Origin: Nitrospiraceae bacterium
Lineage (GTDB): Bacteria; Nitrospirota; Nitrospiria; Nitrospirales; Nitrospiraceae
Direction of reading: 5' to 3'
DNA length: 64,000 nt
Assembly: GCA_050246315.1 (NCBI GenBank)
Contig: JBFWWG010000008.1
Location: forward strand, 96,001 to 160,000
Within the stretch, counting starts at the first letter, position 1. Every line of letters starts with the position of its first letter. This document shows, piece after piece, positions 57,955 to 64,000 of the stretch. A program made the position numbers and the translations under genes. Under the pieces are notes generated by a model. It had not been told where the DNA came from. It saw nothing but the letters and a program-made list of their open reading frames with translations, and did not search any database.

Positions 57955-59653
57955 CGAAATGCCTCCCTTTGGCCTCACCCTGAACCGCCAGATCCCGGCG
58001 GCTGGTCCGGTCCTGCAGAATCCAGTCCGCACCCTCGGCCATGCTGCCGGCAACGCAGTCCGGAGGCTTGCCCGCTTCGCGTAGCTGCGCCAGTTCCTCT
58101 CGGCTCGCTTGGCCGGACAACAGTAAGACCGTTCTGGCGCCGGCCCTCCGTCCCGACACAATGTCGCGCGCCCGATCGCCGACGACATAGAGCCTTGTTC
58201 GATCGAGCTTGTGGTCGAGACAGGCTTGATCGATCAGTCCCGTCTCGGGCTTCCGGCAACGACACCCATCGTCCGGATGATGCGGACAGACATAGAGACC
58301 CGTCAAGACCACGCCCTGCCTCGCCAACAAGGTGCCGAGACGATCGTGGATGGCAGTGAGCTGCTGTCCTGTGATCAGGCCCCGCGCCACGCCCGACTGG
58401 TTGGTGATGACGATCAACTGAGCGCCGGCCGATCTCAGACGTGCGAGCGCCTCCGCGACCCCGGGCAACAGGTCAAGCGCCTCGGCGTCATTTAGATAGC
58501 CGGTGTCCCGATTCAACGTGCCGTCGCGGTCAAGGAATACGGTCACGCCCGCCAACGGTTCTGCGCTGGGTGCTGAGGGCAGAGGGACGGAGTCTGCGGT
58601 CTGGAGGCGGGAGGATATCGCCTGCCGGGCCAAACCCACCACCTGTTCCACCGTCACGCCGGTCATGCACCGGTGATCGATCGGGCATTCGCGCAAGAGA
58701 CAAGGGGCGCAATCTACCGGCGTCCGCACCACCGCTCGCCCCTCCCCGAAGGGGGCGGTCGTACGCCAATCCGTCGGACCGAACACGGCCACCACCGGGA
58801 CCCCGAAGGCCGCTGCAACATGCATCGGTCCCGTATCGTTGGTCAAATAGACGCAGCACCGTTTCGTAATCGCCATCAGCTCTCGAATCGAGGTCCGTCC
58901 GGACAGGACGACCGTCGGGGCGTCGATCCGTCGCGCGATGGCCTCACCCAATTCCTCTTCGCCCGGAGCCCCCACGATCACGACATGCGCCGGCCGCCCG
59001 GTACGCTCCCGACAGATCGCGGCCACCTTGGTAGCCGATTCCCCGAAACGGTCCGGCAACCACCGTTTGGCTGTCCCATAGGTTGAACCGGGATTGAGCC
59101 CGACGAGCGTCTCTCCCGGCTGCACACCGAATTCGGCCATCCGCGCCACCGCGGCCGCCTCCTCCTCCGACTTGAGATACAGTCTCGGCGAGCTGGGTTC
59201 GGTTTCACACCCGAGTAGCCGCAGCAGGTCGAGATAATAGGACACCTGATGAGGCACATGAGGAACCTTCGGAACGGCGGTGGTCAATAAGCAGCTACGC
59301 CCGTCGGTCGCATAGCCGTAGCGTCGAGGAATCCCGGCCAACGCCGTGATGAATGCGGCTTCGAACGCGTTCTGGAACAACACCGCCAGGTCGAAGCGCC
59401 GACCGCGCAATTCTTGGACAAGGGCCCATTTACCACCGAGCCCCTGATGCCGGCCCCGGTGGTCGTAGACCATTGCCGCCGCCACATCCGGATGGCCCTC
59501 CAACAGTTCGACGATAGAAGACCGGCCGAGCACCGTGATGCAAGCCTCCGGATACACCCGGTGGAGCGCCCGAATCGCCGGCTCGCACATAACCGCATCC
59601 CCGATCCAGTTGGGGACTCGCAGCAAAATCCGGGCGACGTCGCGATACATCAT
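57947..59653 (-). CDS. waaF: Heptosyltransferase II fused to a GmhB-type HAD phosphatase
   Basis: PNWIGDAVM, NPGSTYGTAKRW, TNDTGPMH; then FLDRDGTLN, TNQSGVARG, CPHHPDDGCRCRKP, VGDR. Confidence 0.92.
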   Translation of the reverse strand: MMYRDVARILLRVPNWIGDAVMCEPAIRALHRVYPEACITVLGRSSIVELLEGHPDVAAAMVYDHRGRHQGLGGKWALVQELRGRRFDLAVLFQNAFEAAFITALAGIPRRYGYATDGRSCLLTTAVPKVPHVPHQVSYYLDLLRLLGCETEPSSPRLYLKSEEEAAAVARMAEFGVQPGETLVGLNPGSTYGTAKRWLPDRFGESATKVAAICRERTGRPAHVVIVGAPGEEELGEAIARRIDAPTVVLSGRTSIRELMAITKRCCVYLTNDTGPMHVAAAFGVPVVAVFGPTDWRTTAPFGEGRAVVRTPVDCAPCLLRECPIDHRCMTGVTVEQVVGLARQAISSRLQTADSVPLPSAPSAEPLAGVTVFLDRDGTLNRDTGYLNDAEALDLLPGVAEALARLRSAGAQLIVITNQSGVARGLITGQQLTAIHDRLGTLLARQGVVLTGLYVCPHHPDDGCRCRKPETGLIDQACLDHKLDRTRLYVVGDRARDIVSGRRAGARTVLLLSGQASREELAQLREAGKPPDCVAGSMAEGADWILQDRTSRRDLAVQGEAKGRHFGA

Positions 59654-60711
59654 GACGGGGATGGACCTGGCTGGAATCGATCGTTCAACATCGCCAGGAG
59701 ATCACCTTCACCTGATCTGAATCGAGGTTGCAACCGCACCGCCCACCACCCGGGGTCGGCACCGACCAGATCCACCAGCTTGCAGGCATCTTTCTCGGTC
59801 GTCACAATGAGGTCGGCTCGGCAGGCCTCCGCTCGTCTCTGCACCGATTCGACATCGCCTGGGCAATAGGTGTGATGGTCACGGAACGTGACATGGTGGC
59901 GGACTTCCAGTTCCATACCCCGAAGCAGGCGCGTGAATGAAGCCGGGTTGCCGATCGCGCTGACGGCAACGGCCGTTTTGCCCTTGATGGACGTCTCGTC
60001 CATCTCGGCCCCCTGCGGAATATTGATCAACCGGTCCGGCACGAAATCGACTTCAACGGGGACGATCCGAAACCCGAGGACCCTCTCCAACAACCTGACC
60101 ACCGGCTGTTCTCGGCTCCCCTCACTGGCCCGGGTCACGATCAAGTGCGAGCCACGCGCCGCAGCGGTCAACGGCTCTCGCAGACGCCCAAACGGAAAAT
60201 ACCCCTTCAGCCCATCCACGTCGGTCGCATCCATGACCAGCAGATTGAGGTCCCGCCACAGCGACAGGTGTTGAAATCCGTCGTCCAACACCACGTCATC
60301 GACCGGAACGCGATCCAAGAGCCAACGGCCGAGTTCATAACGATCGGCGCCGACGGCCACGATCGCCTTTGGACACCGCCGCGCGATCAGAGAGGGTTCG
60401 TCGCCGGCCTCAAGCGGACTGGCCAGCAGGTGATGCCCGTCGGACACGATCAGGTAAGGATCCGGGCTCTTCCGGCCATAGCCGCGGCTGAGCACCGCCA
60501 CCCTCCGGCCTTGATCCACCAACTGTTGGGCCGTCCAGATCACCATCGGCGTTTTGCCCGTTCCGCCGACGGTGAGGTTGCCGATGCTGACCACCCTCAC
60601 AGGCAATCGCTTGGTGGGCAACAGTCCCCATCGATAGGCAGCGGCGCGGCCGCGAGCCGCGAGGTCAAAGGGCCACGAGAGCATCCGCATGAGAGATCGC
60701 AGTGGTCCCAC
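59650..60711 (-). CDS. lpxK: Tetraacyldisaccharide 4'-kinase
   Basis: SIGNLTVGGTGKTP, LSRGYG, GDEP, LDDGFQH, TTEKD. Confidence 0.95.
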   Translation of the reverse strand: MGPLRSLMRMLSWPFDLAARGRAAAYRWGLLPTKRLPVRVVSIGNLTVGGTGKTPMVIWTAQQLVDQGRRVAVLSRGYGRKSPDPYLIVSDGHHLLASPLEAGDEPSLIARRCPKAIVAVGADRYELGRWLLDRVPVDDVVLDDGFQHLSLWRDLNLLVMDATDVDGLKGYFPFGRLREPLTAAARGSHLIVTRASEGSREQPVVRLLERVLGFRIVPVEVDFVPDRLINIPQGAEMDETSIKGKTAVAVSAIGNPASFTRLLRGMELEVRHHVTFRDHHTYCPGDVESVQRRAEACRADLIVTTEKDACKLVDLVGADPGWWAVRLQPRFRSGEGDLLAMLNDRFQPGPSPS

Positions 60712-60717
60712 TGGGCC

Positions 60718-62088
60718 CTACCTCGAACCGCTTCCAGTACGGTCCGAACAGGTTGCCGGCGCCATTCTGTCGATCTGCGATGATCCGTCCTCAAGGAACC
60801 CCGCCATTGCGTCGAGGCTTCGATCCAACGCTCCCTGGTTCTCATAGAAAGCGGATCTGGCCAGTTCCCCCACTCGATTCAAATCCACCGGGTCGTCTAG
60901 GAGACGACGGCAGACTTCGACAATCTGATCGACGGTCCATACCCTGATCCCGCCACCGGCAGATTCCAGTACCTGTGCGATCTCCTCGCAATGGTCTGTG
61001 TGGGGTCCGAAGAGCACCGGCTTTCCCCATGCGGCAGGCTCGAGCAGATTATGGCCACCAACCGGGGCCAGGGTCCCACCCACGAATGCGATGGCAGCCT
61101 CATGGTAGACCGCCCCGAGTTCGCCTCTCGTATCCAACAACAAGACCCACGGTTCCGAAGCGCCTGCGGGACCGGCGGCTTCCTTCGCCAGTCGAGACCG
61201 GCGAAGGTAGGAGAGACCCCGCTGCGCCAACATCCGCTCGACCTCCTCCGTTCGTTCGATATGGCGCGGCGCCAAGATCAGCACCAGCGGCCTGTCCTTA
61301 CGGAGTTCTTCACAGGCCGAGATCAAAATCTCCTCTTCGCCCGGGTGTGTGCTGCCCGCCACCAACACCGGCGGAGACGACTGTCGCGAGATCCATCCGG
61401 TCAGCGTGGCCAGCCGATCTTGCTGCAGATCGACGGGTGGCTGATCGAACTTGATATTGCCCGTACGCAGAACCTTGCGTGAGTCCGCACCCAAGGCGAC
61501 GATCCGTTGCGCATCCCGATCGGACTGCATTAAGCACAGCGACAGCCGGCGCAGGATGAACCGGTACACATGCCGCACGATCGGCCACTGTTGGCGGGCG
61601 AAGGAGCGGCTCGAAATACGCCCGTTCAGCATCACAGTCGGTACGCCACACGCCGCGAGCGCGGTCAAGAGGTTCGGCCAGAGCTCGGTCTCGACGAACA
61701 GGTACAGACCCGGTCGCAGTCGCTCGATGAGTCTCGCCACCGCCCAGGGATAGTCCAGCGGCGCGTAACAGTGGACGGCGATGTCGGTCAACCGCTGTTC
61801 CACCGCTTCGCGCCCGGTTTCGGTAACGGTAGAGACAACCAACGGGCGACTGGGATAGCGGGCGTGCAGCAATTTGACGAGCGGCGTCACGGCCACGACC
61901 TCTCCCAAAGACACGGCGTGGATCCAGATCACGGAGTCGGCAGCCGGCCCCCCTGCCGACGGCCATGCCGGCAGCTTCACACCAAGCCGGTACAACAATC
62001 CGCGACGACAGCGTCGTTTGGCCAAGAGGACCAGGAGGATGATCGGCGAGGCCAGTACCAGAAGCACATTGTACAACCCGAGCAGCAT
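60718..62088 (-). CDS. waaA: 3-deoxy-D-manno-octulosonic acid transferase
   Basis: WIHAVSLGE, ETELWPN, GNIKFD, AGSTHPGEE, APRH, GGHNLLEPA. Confidence 0.95.
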   Translation of the reverse strand: MLLGLYNVLLVLASPIILLVLLAKRRCRRGLLYRLGVKLPAWPSAGGPAADSVIWIHAVSLGEVVAVTPLVKLLHARYPSRPLVVSTVTETGREAVEQRLTDIAVHCYAPLDYPWAVARLIERLRPGLYLFVETELWPNLLTALAACGVPTVMLNGRISSRSFARQQWPIVRHVYRFILRRLSLCLMQSDRDAQRIVALGADSRKVLRTGNIKFDQPPVDLQQDRLATLTGWISRQSSPPVLVAGSTHPGEEEILISACEELRKDRPLVLILAPRHIERTEEVERMLAQRGLSYLRRSRLAKEAAGPAGASEPWVLLLDTRGELGAVYHEAAIAFVGGTLAPVGGHNLLEPAAWGKPVLFGPHTDHCEEIAQVLESAGGGIRVWTVDQIVEVCRRLLDDPVDLNRVGELARSAFYENQGALDRSLDAMAGFLEDGSSQIDRMAPATCSDRTGSGSR

Positions 62089-62141
62089 GGTCGTTGTTCG
62101 GCCGATTCGATGGATGCCGTCTGCCCGCACAGACCTTCCGT

Positions 62142-62803
62142 TCAAGTGTGCGGACGACCGGAAACCAGAGCATCGGCGCGGGCCGTCAACTCGTTCAACG
62201 ACATTTCCAGTTCTCGCCGTTTCGCTTCCACCTCAGAGTCGGAGGCATCAGAAGAAACCAGGATCGGCCGTCCCCACAGAAAGAGCCCTCGAGAAAAGGG
62301 GAGGGGAATCAGAAAGCGATCCCAGCTTGCGCACAGTTTTTTTTTGAGCAGCCGAAGGTGACCGGCACGATCGGCAATCCCGTCGCCTTGGCCAGATGGA
62401 CGACGCCGGGTTTGGCGACCTGGGCCGGACCTTTGGGACCGTCGGGGGTCACGCAGAGATCGCCCCCCTCCTCTCCGGCTCGGATCAAATTGCGGAGCGC
62501 CGCCATGCCTCCCCGGGTGGTCGAGCCGCGGGCGCTGAAAAAGCCGAATCGACCGATCAAGCGGGCGATGATCTCGCCGTCCCGGTGACGGCTGATCAAC
62601 ACATGGATCCGGCGTCCGCGATAGGCCAACGGCATCATCAACTGCCGGCTGTGCCAAAACGCAAAGATCATCCCCCTCCCCTTGCCATAACATTCGTGCA
62701 TCACTTCATCGCCGATCCGGTCAAACCGGATGAGCGACCCGAGCAGCCGGATGATGAAGGCGCCGACCGGAGGCACGAGCGAGAGTTTGATCCAGTTCAT
62801 CAT
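62142..62803 (-). CDS. DUF374 lysophospholipid acyltransferase family (LpxJ-like), split by a frameshift at the A9 tract 62337-62345
   Basis: Frame 1: FAFWH, ISRHRDGE, RGSTTRGG, TPDGPKGP, ...FGCSKK. The -1 frame continues KKKLCASWDRFLIPLPFSRG, the expected family C-terminus. Confidence 0.85.
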
Positions 62804-62828
62804 GGAAGAATCCCTGCGTCAGCCCTCG

Positions 62829-64000
62829 TTACTCGGCTCCGAGAGGGGTATCTTGGAATTGCATATTGTGCAATCGCCGATAGGTGCCGTGATGGGCCAG
62901 GAGTTGATCGTGCGTGCCCGATTCCACAATGCGGCCTCGGCTCATGACCACGATCCGATCGGCCTTCTGAATTGTCGAGAGTCGATGGGCGATCACGAGC
63001 GTTGTACGATTTTTCATCAGGTTAGAGAGCGCGAGTTGAACGACTCGTTCAGATTCAGAATCCAGAGCGGAGGTGGCCTCATCCAGAATCAAAATCGGAG
63101 AGTCCTTGAGAATCGCTCGCGCGATCGCCAGACGCTGGCGTTCCCCGCCCGAGAGTTTGAGACCGCGTTCCCCTACCACCGTGTCGTATCCTTGCGGGAG
63201 CTTTGAAATGAATTCGTGAGCATGGGCGGCGGAGGCGGCGCGCATCACCTCCGCTTCGGACGCGCCGTCCCGACTGTAGGCGATGTTGTTGCGGATCGTG
63301 TCGTCAAACAGCACCACCTCCTGCGAGACGATTCCGATCTGGCTCCTCAATGATCGCAGCGTGTACGAGGCGATGTCATGCCCGTTGATCAGGACCGTGC
63401 CGGATGTCGGGGCGTAAAAGCGGGGCACCAGACTAATCAAGGTGGTTTTTCCACTGCCGCTGCTCCCGACCAAGGCCACAACTTCCCCGGCCGCCACCTG
63501 GAGGTCGATTTCTTCCAAGGCGGCGATGGCATGCCCCGGATATTGGAACGTGACACGGCGGAATCCGATCGACTGAGAGCCCGGTTCAAGCGTCAGCGTC
63601 CCCCGGTCCGTCTTGTGCTCATCGTCGAGGTCCAAGACCATGAACACCCGTTCCGCTGCCGCGACCGCCTGCTGGATCGTGTTGTTGGCTCCGGACAACC
63701 GGCGGATCGGGGTATAGGCCATGAACATGGCGGTCAAGAACGAGAAAAATGCTCCCGGCGTCATCTCTCCCCGAATGACCAGAAACCCCCCGTACCAGAT
63801 GATCCCGGCAATGCCGATCACGCCGATGACCTCCATATGCGAGGAACCCAGCGATGATACCTGGATCGACTTCATCAAGTTCTCCAGCACGGCGCGGTTG
63901 TGGATCCGAAATCGCTCTCGCTCCACCTGTTCACGGTTGAAGGCCTTCACGACGCGGATGGCTCCCAAGGTTTCCTGAATCGTGGAGGACATGTCCCCGA
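62829..64000 (-). CDS. msbA: Lipid A flippase-type ABC transporter, 3' part (5' end outside the window)
   Basis: GSSGSGKTT, VSQEVVLFDD, LSGGERQRLAIARA, LDEATSALD, IAHRLST. Adjacent to waaA and lpxK. Confidence 0.88.
   Translation of the reverse strand, partial: GDMSSTIQETLGAIRVVKAFNREQVERERFRIHNRAVLENLMKSIQVSSLGSSHMEVIGVIGIAGIIWYGGFLVIRGEMTPGAFFSFLTAMFMAYTPIRRLSGANNTIQQAVAAAERVFMVLDLDDEHKTDRGTLTLEPGSQSIGFRRVTFQYPGHAIAALEEIDLQVAAGEVVALVGSSGSGKTTLISLVPRFYAPTSGTVLINGHDIASYTLRSLRSQIGIVSQEVVLFDDTIRNNIAYSRDGASEAEVMRAASAAHAHEFISKLPQGYDTVVGERGLKLSGGERQRLAIARAILKDSPILILDEATSALDSESERVVQLALSNLMKNRTTLVIAHRLSTIQKADRIVVMSRGRIVESGTHDQLLAHHGTYRRLHNMQFQDTPLGAE

Noticed and set aside
1..64000. CRISPR array, tRNA, rRNA, prophage or defence systems
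   Set aside because: No regularly spaced repeats, cloverleafs or hallmark genes seen.

Overview
This is a GC-rich bacterial chromosomal window, probably Nitrospira-like (inferred from gene order and intergenic repeat types, not proven). Positions 1-7 kb hold a partial DUF2130 gene and a metal-related neighbourhood: a COG0523/CobW GTPase, an SGNH hydrolase, a PAP2 phosphatase, a short TonB-C protein, a TonB-dependent receptor and a His-rich leader ORF ending in RAPP. Positions 7-22 kb are housekeeping (DAHP synthase, TatD, NYN, amidase, truA, cysE, ispF, ispD, PIN/TRAM, fbaB, fbp, DUF3108, PMM/PGM, manC, kdsC). Positions 22-64 kb are a long minus-strand LPS/surface-glycan cluster: msbA, DUF374 (split at an A9 tract), waaA, lpxK, four GT9 domains, many GT2/GT4 enzymes, five methyltransferase domains, rmlA/B/D, gmd, O-antigen ligase, DegT, wzm/wzt and two large multidomain glycosyltransferases. 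IS630, IS3 and ISL3 remnants lie at 24.7-28.2 kb. The best leads are: (1) a His-rich RAPP arrest-type leader that may gate a TonB-dependent metal uptake operon; (2) a -1 slippery/A9 site in the putative lipid A acyltransferase; (3) a modular palindromic CTAG-ended miniature element family in four configurations; (4) a second miniature element that replaced the O-antigen ligase start codon. I found no rRNA, tRNA or CRISPR array.
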